From the NCBI GenBank assembly GCA_030295235.1, contig AP026124.1, forward strand, positions 1,922,001-1,986,000: 64,000 nucleotides of DNA. Reading direction: 5' to 3'. The stretch's first letter is position 1. Every line of letters starts with the position of its first letter. Source of the stretch: Fistulifera solaris (taxonomy: Eukaryota). The notes below the pieces were generated by a model, which saw nothing but the letters and a program-made list of their open reading frames with translations, did no database searches and was not told the origin of the DNA. The position numbers were made by a program, and so were the translations under genes. This document shows positions 35,881 through 48,545 of the stretch, piece by piece.

Positions 35881-36389
35881 TTTCCCATTTACAAAATCCC
35901 TATTGTTTGTCGTCGATTGCTGTTGCTGCTTGCTGCCTTCGCTTGTCGTCGCGGAGGACGGAGCAAGCGAGGCGGACGGACCATGTACGTTGTTGGCGAA
36001 CTCCTTTCACGTGTTCTACTTAGCGGCATTGGTATTGTTTCCTATTTAGAGCTTCACATTGTTCTTCATTTTACTCTGGAATTTGTACAATACAATTCCG
36101 CTGCCTTTGAGTGCCACTGCGAAATAAAGTGCCACCGAACATAAAAGAGAGAAGTGACTTTGTGTGACATCCTTTTAAAGATTATTTAGAAAACGTCTTT
36201 GATAAGTTTCAATTGAACTGTCTTGCTCTCACACCATATAAAAAAATCACTTCTGGCCGGCATGCGCGTGTTTTTAACAGAACGCTAAAGATTTTGATTT
36301 TTGCATCTTCGCATCACGAACACACGGCAGCGCTGCAACAAAAACAAAGCGTTGCTCAACACAGTTAATTCAAAGAGCGTTTGGTTACC

Positions 36390-38708
36390 ATGAGTTCTAT
36401 GGAGCATCTCATTCCTGTGGTTTCCAAGCTGCAAGATGTTCTTGGCGCTTTGGGACAAACCACACATTTGGACCTCCCACAAATTGTGGTCGTCGGTGGA
36501 CAGAGCTCGGGCAAATCGAGCGTTTTGGAAAACATTGTAGGACGAAGCTTTCTTCCCCGGGGGACAGGCATTGTTACTCGACGACCTTTGGTTCTCCAGC
36601 TGTTCAATACTCGCCAGGCACCGGCCGATGTCGACGAAATGCCAAACAAGAACAGAATTATCCCCCCTGGTGGCAGTGCCGAAGAATGGGGAGAATTTCT
36701 TCATCTTCCCGGAAAGAGAATGTACGATTTTGCCGATATCCGACGCGAAATTGCCGATGAAACGAATCGTATCACAGGGAATAATAAGGGTGTTGATAGC
36801 ACCCCGATCAATTTGAAGATTTTCTCTCCTCGAGTTGTGTCATTGACGTTAGTGGATCTCCCGGGCATTGCCAAGGTACCTGTGGGAGATCAGCCCGAAG
36901 ATATTGAACGACAGATCAACAGCATGTGCATGAGCTTCATTTCGAATCCCAATGCCATCATCCTTGCTGTGACCAGTGCCAATACTGACCTAGCAAACAG
37001 TGATGCACTTAAACTGGCACAAGCGGTTGACCCTGAAGGACTGCGTACGATCGGTGTTTTGACTAAAGTCGATTTGATGGACGAGGGCACTGACTGCACC
37101 GAGATTCTTTTAAACCAAGTCATTCCTCTTCGAAGGGGATACATTGCTGTGGTCAATCGTGGACAAAAGGACGTTGTGTCTGATGTAAGCATTCGCGACG
37201 GCCTCAAGAAAGAAGAGAACTTCTTCCGCAAACATCCTATCTACTCGCGCGACCGATCGATCCTCTCCAAATGCGGTACCGGTAGACTTTCGAAGAATCT
37301 CAACAGCATATTGATGCACCATATCCGGGACTGTCTTCCTGACCTGAAGACGCGCATTGCTCACATGATGGCCGATGTCCAGAAGGAGCTTGACACCCTT
37401 GGTACTGCCGCCGAAAGCTCTAACAAAACAAGTCGCGGGGGAACTTTACTGAGCCTACTTTCCAAGTTTGCCACCAACTTCACCAAAATTCTCGACGGTC
37501 ATGTCGGAGAAGACTTGGACACTCGCGAACGCGCAATCAATGGCTCGAAGAGTTCCGGAGGAAGAGGGTGCGTCGAGCTTTTGGGAGGTGCTCGTATCTC
37601 ATACATCTTCACTTCGGTCTTTGCAACCTCGTTGAATTCCGTTGGTGCTTTTGACGGACTTACGGATGAAGAGATCCGCACTATCATTGCCAATGCCAAC
37701 GGTACACGCCCAGCTCTTTTTGTCCCAGAGATCAGTTTCGACATCATTGTCCGCCGCCAACTTACGCGTCTTGAACAACCAGGAGTGGAATGCGTGGACT
37801 TGGTGTACGAAGAGCTTCAACGTATCGCCGGTCAAGCTGAACCTAGTGAGCTGACTCGCTTCCCTATCCTTCGTGATCGAATGGTAGAAGTCGTGTCATC
37901 TCTCTTGCGTCGTTGTGTCACTCCTACACAAATGATGGTGACCAACCTCGTGAAGATTGAACTCGCCTACATCAATACTAGTCATCCAGACTTTATTGGA
38001 GGCTCGAAGGCTGTTGCAAGACTCATGGATAAGACGGACAGCAAAGAGAATGAGCGCAAACGAGTGACAAATGGACGGGGAAGCGCGGGGCCTCTCTCAC
38101 CTAGCGGTGCTAACAACCTGAACTCCGACGGCGACGAATTCAAGGATGCCACAATGGGATCTCCTTCTGGTGACAAGGATCACTCTGGACTTATGAACTT
38201 TATCTTTGGCAGCGGTGAGAATGGCGCCAAACCGGGTCCTGTCGTTGAAGAAGCCGAGGACGGCCCACCGGTGATCGTGCACCTGCCTCAGATGCCGGTG
38301 ACCATGAAGCAAACTGACTTTCCTATTACCGATCGAGAAGCGGTGGAAATGGCGGTTATCAAGTCATTGGTTGACTCGTACTTTGGTATCGTCCGAAAGA
38401 ATTTTATTGATATGGTTCCTAAGGTACGTCATGCGAGCTACTTGTGTATGTACCCCATCGTCGTGTTACCTCAAGTTTGTGACTGTTTTGTCTCCTAGAC
38501 TATCATGTACTTTCTTGTCAATCACGTTCGGGATTCACTGCAAAATGAGCTTGTTGCTGAGTTATACCGTGAAGGGGAAATGGGACAACTCTTACAAGAA
38601 GCGGACGATATCGCATCGCGCCGTCAAACGTGCGTCGAAATGAAGGAGCTGTTGGGCAAGGCTCTGGAAATTGTAAACGAAGTGCGGGACTTTAGCACGT
38701 ACAAGTAG
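36390..38708 (+). CDS. Dynamin-related GTPase (DRP1/Dnm1/Vps1 class)
   Basis: LPQIVVVGGQSSGKSS, GIVTRRPL, DLPG, TKVDLMD, middle domain and GED. No PH domain. Intron 38424..38498. Confidence 0.93.
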
Positions 38709-39410
38709 ACACGGCATTCCACTTGAAACCACACGAAGCACAACAACCACAGTCCACGCCGTCGATTTTATAACATCAACTGAAAGTAAATCGATAACAC
38801 ATTCGTTACATACTCATAGACTTTGATACTAGTTTGATTTGATCGTAGTTCTTCGTGATGGCTGACTTTTGGTGATGATACACGACGCATATCCTTTATG
38901 AGCGCCTTGAGCCCTAGCCGCCACCATTCGTGATTCATTCATGCCTTATGCCTTCATGATCAAGAGTGCCACGTGGCACCTTCGTCGATCAAGTCGTGGA
39001 CAATTTTGGCTCGGTTTTGACTATAGATCTGAATGTAGGATCTTTTTTGCGTTGGCCAGACGCTGCCACCTGGCAGCCAGTCATTGCCTTTTTAGGCATG
39101 CATCGTCTGACCTCATCACGTTCAAAAAGTACCAGGAATCTACGTTTGCACCGAAATGCGTTGATGTAGTCATCGCCGTAGAAACTGTACTAGAAAATAC
39201 TGGCCATCTTTCCTTCCGGATCGCCGAGGTTCCTTGTTTCATTCCACTTCTACGTAGAAAATGTACTACACGGTTCCCGCCACACCGCGAAATAATAATC
39301 TTGGCCCCCTCTGCTTTGTTTCATTCGTTGTTTCATAGTTTCGTTTACCCGTCGAACTTAACCACTGTCTCGATTCAAACAACAACTTCCATCGCTTACT
39401 TTGCATCAAA

Positions 39411-41815
39411 ATGGTAAGTAAACTCCGAATTGTCGTCTTGCAGATCGCTGCTTAAGCGGCAACGAAAGCGGTCGAGGTGTTCTTCGGCTCTATGCGAAGT
39501 TATCTTGTCGACCCGAAGACTGTATGAACGCCTGTGTAGCTCATTCGCTTCTCGTGGCAATGGATCTCACATAATTGTTTGTCTTTCTCATTTCAGTCTG
39601 CCGAAGCTGAAAGCTATGCCTTCTCAGCTGATATCAATCAGCTCCTTTCGTTGAGTAAGTATCAAATACAACGACTCGCATTTGTCGGTCGTCGCACGAA
39701 TGGCTGCAAATCTTTCCTTCACATCTGATCTTTCTCACATATTCCCCTCTTTACTATAGTCATCAACACCTTCTACTCCAACAAGGAGATTTTCTTGCGT
39801 GAGTTGATTTCCAACGCGAGTGATGCCTTGGATAAGATCCGCTACCAGTCCTTGACCGACAGCTCGGTGTTGGATGCCGAGCCCGAACTCCAAATCAAGT
39901 TGATCCCTGACAAGGCCAACAACACTCTCACCATCGAAGATACCGGTATCGGTATGACCAAAGCCGATCTTGTGAACAACCTCGGTACCATTGCCAAATC
40001 CGGAACCAAAGCTTTCATGGAGGCCCTTTCGGCTGGTGCGGATATCTCCATGATTGGTCAGTTCGGTGTCGGTTTCTACTCGGCGTACTTGGTGGCTGAC
40101 CGCGTCGAAGTCGTGTCCAAAAACAACGATGATGAATGCTACATCTGGAGCTCCGAAGCCGGTGGATCGTTCACGGTCACCAAGTGCGAAGATTCTGGCA
40201 TTGGACGTGGTACTCGTCTCATTTTGCACATGAAGGAGGACATGTCGGAGTATTTGGAAGAGAAACGTATCACGGATTTAGTCAAGAAGCACTCCGAATT
40301 CATTGGTTTCCCCATCAAGCTCTACACGGAAAAGACCGAGGAGAAGGAGGTCACAGACGACGAGGATGAGGAGGAAGAAGGCGACGACGACAAGCCAAAG
40401 GTCGAAGAAGTCGACGACGAAGAGGATGCTAAGAAGGAGAAGAAGACCAAGAAGATCAAGGAGGTTACGCATGATTGGAAGCACTTGAACAACATGAAGC
40501 CCATCTGGATGCGCAAGCCGGACGATGTCACCCATGACGAGTACGTGTCCTTTACAAATCCATTTCCAACGACTGGGAGGAACACGCTGCCGTCAAGCAC
40601 TTCTCCGTCGAGGGTCAGCTCGAGTTCAAAGCCATCTTGTTCGCTCCTAAGCGTGCTCCGTTTGACATGTTCGAAGGTGGAGCCAAGAAGAAGTGGAACC
40701 ACATCAAGCTTTATGTCCGACGTGTGTTCATCATGGACAACTGCGAGGAGCTCATGCCCGAATGGTTGCAGTTTGTTAAGGGTGTAGTGGATTCCGAAGA
40801 TCTTCCTCTCAACATCTCTCGTGAGACGCTTCAACAGAACAAGATCCTTCGTGTCATTAAGAAGAACTTGGTTAAGAAGTGCATTGAGATGTTCACCGAT
40901 TTGACCGAGAACGAGGACTCGTACAAGAAGTTCTACGAAGCCTTTAGCAAGAACTTGAAGCTCGGTATTCATGAAGACTCGACCAACCGCGCCAAGATTG
41001 CTAAGCTTCTCCGATACTACTCTACCAAGAGTGGCGACGAGATGACGTCTCTTGACGATTACGTCAGCCGCATGGACGACAAGCAACCTGGCATCTATTA
41101 CATCACGGGTGAATCGAAGCGCGCTGTCGAGACTTCTCCTTTCTTGGAACGACTCAAGAAGAAGGGATACGAAGTTATTTTCATGACCGACCCCATCGAT
41201 GAGTACGCTGTTCAACAGCTCAAGGAGTACGAAGGAAAGAAGTTGCTCAGCGCCACCAAGGAGGGTCTCGAAATTGTTGACGACGAGGATGAGAAGAAGG
41301 CTTTCGAAGAAGCAAAGGCCAAGTGTGAGGGACTGTGCAAGCTCATTAAGGAAGTGCTTGACGACAAGGTTGAAAAGGTTGTTATCTCCTCGCGCCTCGC
41401 TGATTCTCCTTGCGTTCTCGTCACCGGCGAGTACGGATGGTCTGCCAACATGGAACGTATCATGAAGGCGCAGGCGCTTCGTGACGCTTCTCAGTCGGCT
41501 TACATGACTTCCAAGAAGACCATGGAAATCAACCCCCAGAACGCCATCATTGTTGCTCTTCGCGACAAGGCCGAAGCCGACCAAAGCGACAAGACGGTCA
41601 AGGATCTGATTTGGTTGTTATACGACACCTCTTTGCTCACCAGTGGTTTCTCGTTGGACGAACCGTCTACTTTTGCATCTCGCATCCACCGCCTTGTCAA
41701 GTTGGGCCTTTCGATCGACGATGCTGATGACGACGATGATGCCGAGTTGGACGACATGCCGGCCGCTGTCGAAGACGATGACAACGATGAGTCCGCCATG
41801 GAACAGGTCGATTAA
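39411..41815 (+). CDS. HSP90: Cytosolic heat shock protein 90
   Basis: ATG-only coding exon 39411..39413, introns 39414..39596 and 39655..39759, [34 protein letters not shown]-terminal MEQVD. Missing T at 40551-40553. Confidence 0.97.
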
Positions 41816-42704
41816 GGAGATATCGATTGTAGATAGAAAACATTGCAGGTTTAGCTAGGTCATATTACTTCTTTGCCTGTCTTTGTGCTGCAGTTGTTTT
41901 ATCATTCCCTACCAGGTAGGGTGCTTCGCTGGAGCATGTTAGTTGAATTTAAGATGCATGGTCGTTTGGCAGCTTTTGCATTGCGCGCCTTGATTGAGAT
42001 GAATCAAGGCGTAGAGCTTTCGAATACAGACATTTTTTTAATGATAGCGCGGGGCGTCCGTGTTCGTGACCCGTCGGTCCCGGGAAGTCGCCTTCGGAGT
42101 CTAGCCCCCTGCGGGAAACTTTTTCGTTCTCGCCCTTTCCACAAGCGGGGATCTCGTTCCCCAGGGACTAATTGAAATATGAGTCTAATCTAGACGAAGT
42201 AACGTCCATTCGCTCTGCGCCACAACGAACTTGAATCGCCCTTCCAGTAATAGATGAAGGAACGAGATGCCACATGCCAAGACGTAAAAGTTGTTCCACT
42301 TTTAAATTGAGAATATGATTTACTAGAAAATATTCGTCCTGTAAAGGATATGGCATATTATGTAACCTTGCTAGAGGCATGCCGATTGATTTAGAGCAAG
42401 AGGTGCACCAATTATCGTGTTTGTGGGTGTCGCCGAACTGCGCCTCCCGCCCTCAATGACAGAGTACATTACTTAGGCTTTACAGTACAATCCGAAACAC
42501 GTTCCTTGCTTAGCATCATCCGATTACAACGGATCTTACTTATGCACTCAAATTGGCACGATTCGTTAAGTATCCTTACGTATTCGGTTTGCGTTTTCGG
42601 AGCATTGTTCGTTGATAATAAAGACGTTGCATCGCAACCACAAGTTTGGCTTGTGCGTCTTTCTTCGATTTGCGGTACGTTTAAATTATCTAAATATCAA
42701 TCAC

Positions 42705-43754
42705 ATGCGGCGCTCTTGCACCATTATTATTTCCACCGTTGCCTTCGCGTTGCTCCTCGCAGTCAGCGGCGTGTTACTTTGGCAATACCTTCCAGAGGAG
42801 TCTCGAGCCAGTGTCGCCAGTACCTTTATCGAGACAGAAGAGCCGGACTATCAATTTTTTCAATGCCTACCGACAGATGTGGATTGCTGCAATGGGCTGA
42901 ACAATACTTGTGATTTGCGACTTGATGAGATTCTGTTTGCAGGGTTACACAATGCAATGGCGGCACGAGAAAATGGTTTCTTGTTGGGAGCGAACCATGA
43001 TCTCAGTATGGAGAAAGCCCTGAAATACGGTTATCGGGCGATTAATGTCGATTTCGGACTGTGCGGTGGCGTTCCTCAACTCTACCATGGTTCCTGTGAA
43101 CTTGGAACTAGAAACCCTGTCGACTTACTCTCCCACATCGTCAAGTTTGTGGGAGAAAATCCTACCGAGACAATTGTCATTACAGTCCAGTTCACAAAAA
43201 ATTCGGGTGAAACTGATCCATCAAACATAGCTACGCTAGATGATCTGGTGTCGGTTGTAAATGCTGTAGACGGACTTGTAGATAAGTTGTATGCGCATCC
43301 GGACCTCTCAGAGCCCTGGCCAACTCTTCGCGAACTACAGACCCTTGGAAAGCAAATTATTCTCTTCCACTACAACGTGGATATTTGCTATGAGAGCGGT
43401 TGTCCTTATGGTCTTCATGATTATTTTGTCTACGCAGAAGAGACCGAGTTTGAATTTGCAACGCTGCTAGAAGTAGAAGAGACGACAAGATCTTGCAATG
43501 TGACGCGAGGCAGCAATGTAGCCACTTTCTTTGGTATCAACTTGTTTTTGGCTTTACCTTCGCGGGATGTGGCAGCCGAAATCAATAGCCTTTCATTCTT
43601 ACAAAATCATGTGAGCGACTGCGAAGAGCGAAATGAAGGCAACTTGGCCAACATCGTATGGGTCGATTTTTGGACTCAGGGCGAACTTCCTGTTTTCGTC
43701 CAACGACGAAATCACAATCGCGGCGTAACTAGTCAACAACGGCACGATTTATGA
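42705..43754 (+). CDS. PI-PLC X-domain-like phosphodiesterase with type II membrane anchor
   Basis: N-terminal TM, Cys-rich CCNG..CDLRLDE, GLHNA, L.YGYRAINVD, LYHG.C, WPTLREL, ANIVWVDFW. Start uncertain. Confidence 0.75.
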   Translation: MRRSCTIIISTVAFALLLAVSGVLLWQYLPEESRASVASTFIETEEPDYQFFQCLPTDVDCCNGLNNTCDLRLDEILFAGLHNAMAARENGFLLGANHDLSMEKALKYGYRAINVDFGLCGGVPQLYHGSCELGTRNPVDLLSHIVKFVGENPTETIVITVQFTKNSGETDPSNIATLDDLVSVVNAVDGLVDKLYAHPDLSEPWPTLRELQTLGKQIILFHYNVDICYESGCPYGLHDYFVYAEETEFEFATLLEVEETTRSCNVTRGSNVATFFGINLFLALPSRDVAAEINSLSFLQNHVSDCEERNEGNLANIVWVDFWTQGELPVFVQRRNHNRGVTSQQRHDL

Positions 43755-43834
43755 ATTTTAATAAGCTATTAAAGACTCAGTATCTATAATAAACGGTTTC
43801 ATACAAACACTGTGCTTGGCTGACACTAATTCAA

Positions 43835-45856
43835 TTACTGATTTGAAAGCTCAGGGACTTTCACACGGGCTACATTCTTCACTTTTTCTGACCAATAATC
43901 TCCAACTTCTTTCATCTTTGATTGCCAGTAGTTTTCGTTTTCCATCATCAGCTTTGCGGATCGGTCTATTTCATCTTGAAGAGCTTTGACTTGACAAGCA
44001 CTTTCTACTTGGTACTCCAGCTGTAGAGCTTCTAATTCAGCGCACTGCCTCTGAAAGGCAGCAATTTGCTCCTCCAGAGCAATAGGATCACGTCGAGAGG
44101 CCACTTTGCTTTCCATCGCATCAACCTCGCGTTGTCGTACCGCCAATTTAGCTTTGTGCGTTTCCTCTTCCTCTTCCATCGTTTTCTCGCATTTTGCTGT
44201 CTTTTCTTTCACAATGTGAAGTTGAGCGTCAGCGGCCTTGCACTCGTCATGACTTCGCTGAACCTTATCGAGCATATCTTGATACTTTTCTTTGGTCTCG
44301 TCAATCGTAACCTTGATGGATGCAATGATTTCGTCCAGTTTGGGAGCAACTTCATCTTTAAATGCCACTCCCGTAATCACGGAGTCATTCTTTGCCAGTA
44401 GCTTGTCTTTCTTCAAGACTGCCTTTAGATTGACAAGCTCAGGTCCGTGGGTAGGAACGAGCTGGAGATCTGCAAGTTTGGAATTGTAGTCCACAATGGC
44501 AGCATCAAGAGCATTGCATGCTTCATCAAGGTCTCTCTGGCTGGCTGTCAGTGTCTCCTTCCGCTTATCACGAAGAGCACACGATCTATCCATAGCTTCA
44601 TTCAAACCTTTCAGTTCATTCTCCAGAGCTCGCAGATCGTCAACCGACATTTTCTGACTCGAAATCTCGTCTTTCAAGGATTGAATGTGCCCGTTCATCT
44701 TCTCCAATTGCTCATTCGTCTTCTCCAATTCAGATGTTCGTTCTTTGATTTTCTGCTCAAGGTTGCACTTGTGCTCATCCATTTGACGAACCAAATCATG
44801 GTACTGCTCAAGTTCCGTTGCGTATTCTTCTCTTTTTGCGTGTAAGATGAAAGACTAAACAAAAGCGAGTGCAGAGTCAGATATGGTGGGTGTCAAATCA
44901 CAAGTTGGTTTAACACCATGATTGAACTTACTCTTGAGAATCGTTCGTGAGATCCGCGATGCGCTCCACAATGGTTGCATTCAATTCGGTGACACGTTCA
45001 ACCTCCTGCATAAGAAACTGGTTGTCACGATCAATGCCTTCTGCCAACTGGAATTCGAGCTCTTCTCTGAGTTTTGAATCTCCGTTCATGTAGGCCTCGT
45101 ATCCGTGAAACAAGTACTCAAAGAACATTTTGGATGCTTTCGCATCCAGATCCTCATAGCTTTCGAAAGGCTTATCTTCCACATTTTCCTTGTTGGCAAG
45201 TTTGCACTGAATGTGTTCGACCAACCAAGCCAAAGCAGCGAGTAACGCGGGCCAAGTGTGCGGAGAACCCGCAGCGACGAGCGCAGTCTTGGACACGTTG
45301 AAGGGGTAACCGAGACACTTGAAACTGAGAAAGACTTCGTCCTCGAATTTGAGTTCGCCTCTCTGAAAGTTCGGATCAATGAGACGCAACATGAACGTGC
45401 AAATGTTTTTAAAGTCCTTGGCAGAGGGGCGCGTCAGCGTTTTCGTCGAGACCGGACTATCGTATCGGAAGTCGAGAAGGAAGGTGAGCAAGTCCTTGAT
45501 ACACTTTTGCTGAAACGCCTTTTCTGTAATAGGACGAGTGTCTACTTTGGCGGCTGCCGCAGGAGGAGGGATGAGAGACGGTCGGCCTCCAATACTCGCA
45601 CGGCCCCCCATGCTTTTGCGACGACTCGAAGCGGTGGTGGCGGTAACTCCAGGACTGGGCGGCACCATGTTCTCACGTCCGTCAATTCGAGGAAGCATTG
45701 ATTTGCGAGAGCGAGGGGTTTGGGGATTTTGTTCGCACTGGGCGAGGGTTGAGCAGAAGGCCCTCCTACTGACATTCGTCTGCGTTGATTGGCTGACCCC
45801 GTTGGAATGGGCCCCAGCGTCATGCGGCGGTTGGGCGTCTGAAACGATGAAGGCAT
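43835..45856 (-). CDS. NDC80: Kinetochore protein NDC80/HEC1
   Basis: Basic N-tail, DTRPI.EKAFQ, PSAKDF, LGYPF.VSKTAL.AAGSPHTWP.LLAAL.WL, long coiled coil. Intron 44855..44931. Frameshifts near 45720 and at 44833-44837. Confidence 0.92.
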
Positions 45857-46354
45857 GGCTAGATAGTTCGACGTTTGCCAGAGAATAAACTTTTCGAATT
45901 AAGACGGTTACTTCAGTTCAGTGCAACTGATGAGAACGAACGCGAAGATCGTCAAAATGCTATTGCAAATTGTATCTCTACTTCGTGTCACGCAATTTTT
46001 GTGAAACAATCTCGGTGTTACGAAGGAGCGGTCGGCGCGCAGATACTTAGCGTAGATTTCGATATAACATATCCTCACATGGATAGAACTAAAGTCGTAA
46101 ATAAACATGTCGCAGAGACGACGGGCGGGACTCTGACGTCAAAATGAATTAGAATTAGACGCCATCAAGGTTAAGAATAAGTTTATCGCACACGCGCGCG
46201 AAAATAATGAAAGGCGAGATCGGCGTCACCGCAAGATGCATTCTCGTCCGCGTTTTCATCTCGTCCAACCAAATCAGAATGCAATCACAATACAAACTAG
46301 CAAAGCCAGATCGCAAAGCCATAACTATCAACATCTTTCAGGTAATCCAACAAC

Positions 46355-47109
46355 ATGAGCAAGTTCATTGCATCGACGCTTCTCCGTTCACGTCTGTCTC
46401 AGCACTTGACGACGAAAAGTGCCATCCTTCCTCACCTGATGGTGAGAAGCGCTACTCGCACGGCGACTTTGTTGCCAAAGATGCCAACGCGGGCAATGTC
46501 CGGAGAAGCCCGACAGACCCTTGTGGATATCCTAGGACGAGAGCACGCCGAAGAGATCGAGAATGAAAGTACCACCATGCCGGAGGACTTGGGGTCCTTG
46601 AAGAAGACTCTAGAGAACGAGCACGGTTGGAAAATTGTCGACGATGGTGCCATGACCAAACTATACCGCACCATCGGCTCTTCGAAAGTTCAAGTTACTT
46701 TCCACTGTCAAGATGCGGTCGAAATGGATGACGAGGAAGATTTCGATGAGGAGGCCATCGAAGCCGCGGCTCCGGTACGATTCACCGTGACCGTCACAAA
46801 AGCTGGAAAGACTCTAGCCATGACTTGTATCACCACCGAAGATCTTTCCGTGTCAATTCAGAACATTGTTAACACGTCCGATCAGCAGGCTGAAACTATG
46901 CTCCGTGAAAATGTGATTCCATCCGATGTTTACCAAGGACCCGAGTTTGTGGAGCTTGCGGAAGATCTACAGGATGCATTCCACAACTATTTGATCGAAG
47001 ACGTGGGTATCGGATCAGACTTTGTTTCTTTCGTTTCGATGTACTGTGACTTTAAGGAGCAGACGGAGTATGTCAACTTTTGGAGGACACGAAAGCGATT
47101 TTGAGTTAA
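46355..47109 (+). CDS. Mitochondrial acidic glycoprotein, MAM33/C1QBP family
   Basis: Mitochondrial-type presequence, YQGPEF.EL.EDLQDAF..YL, KEQ.EYV.F. One extra T at 47078-47081 gives the natural end FLEDTKAILS*. Confidence 0.85.
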
Positions 47110-47411
47110 TTCAAAGATTGTATTTCAAATGAAATTAGGTTAGACAATAAAGCTGATAGTTATACACCAGAAGAAAAAAGCGTTATCATCACAACAAATC
47201 CTAGAATTGCAAGCATCAAACAAGTAAGCGCTCATAATAGTTGAAAAATGAACACGAACAAAACTATTGGACAACATAGACCCCTGACTGAAAGTCCAGT
47301 CACGAGGCAAGGTCGCTTACACTTTCACTTATAGTGGTTGGTTCCACTTTAAATAAGCAACAACAAAAAATGAAACGCATGTCGAAAAAAATTAACAATA
47401 AAAAGTGCACC

Positions 47412-48494
47412 ATGAGAATCCACCAACTGATCTCATCGACCGTGCGGCTCTGCATTGTCCTTTCGAGTCTGTTTGATCGTTCCTTATCCTTTACTGCAGC
47501 CGGCCGTCCAGCGCGAAGGCCAATGAGTGCATCGGCTTTTAACGACGAGCTCGCATCGACAACCTCACTCGGTTCGTTGCGCGATGAAGTTCTCGATCAA
47601 ATTCTGGAAGTTGCCATTGAAGCTTCAAAGAAAGCGGGTGCTATCATTTTAGGCAATGCGGGAGGTGCTGAAATCACGGAACGAAAAGCGAACAGTCGGG
47701 ATCTTTTAACATTGATCGATCCTCTATGTGAGAAGGTACGTTAACCGTTTCTCCTATTGTTCTTTTCTTTGCGGAACACACTTCAATAACTAATTCGGCA
47801 ACAAAACAAAATAGACAATCCGTGAGACAGTTTTGGAATCATTTCCTTACCACAGCTTTCTGGGTGAGGAAGATGTACCCCCGGACCCGAGGCCAGTGCC
47901 GCTGCTCTGGACGCTCGATTGGCGGACGATGCGAATTGGTTGTGGATTGTCGATCCCATTGATGGGACCACGAATTTCGCGCATGGTATGCCTCTTTGCA
48001 TGCCATCGGTGGCGGCTACCTATAAGGGAGAAGTTGTCGTGGGGGTCATTTACGATTGTCATCGCGACGAATTGTTTACCGCTGTAAAAGGGCGTGGAGC
48101 GTACATGAACAAAGAACGCATTTACGTAGGAAAACAATCTACTGTGGGAGACGCTATTGTTGCCATGGGATCACCACCCGGTGAAACGAGTATGGAAATG
48201 AGTCTGAAAGGAGTGAACGCCCTCATGCCGAAAGTGCGAACGATTCGAATGTTGGGAAGTGCCGCCATCATGCTAGCATGGGTTGCGAATGGCCGACTCA
48301 CGTGCTATTGGGAGTACGATCTCAGTTCATGGGATACTGCTGCCGGTGCTTTGTTGGTCGCAGAAGCTGGAGGTAAATTTACCGATCTTGCTGGCAATGA
48401 ATTTTCGCTGCGCAATCGGAAAATCTGCGCAAGCAATGGACTAGTACATGACGATATACTGAAGATACTACGAGACGATGCGGGTATTGTGTAA
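47412..48494 (+). CDS. Inositol monophosphatase family protein (IMPL-like), probably plastid-targeted
   Basis: [40 protein letters not shown]. Intron 47736..47814. Missing C in the run at 47878-47882. Signal peptide SLS-F. Confidence 0.9.
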
Positions 48495-48545
48495 AATATC
48501 AAAGTCGAAAGCAGTGCATAAGATTGAGTAATGTTAATTTCAAAG

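Noticed and set aside
1..38708. Functional clustering of trafficking genes (aftiphilin-like, AAGAB, SAR1, dynamin, ATP6AP2-like)
   Set aside because: They are interspersed with unrelated genes, and the class is common enough for chance proximity.
38850..39130. Possible C/D snoRNA (GTGATGA near 38872)
   Set aside because: No properly placed CTGA box or recognisable rRNA-antisense guide.
39175..39275. Heat-shock elements upstream of HSP90
   Set aside because: GAA/TTC units are present but not in a clean alternating nGAAn register, so I cannot support a call.
40322..41584. 420-aa antisense ORF over HSP90
   Set aside because: A typical by-product of strong codon bias in highly expressed HSP genes, with no independent motif.
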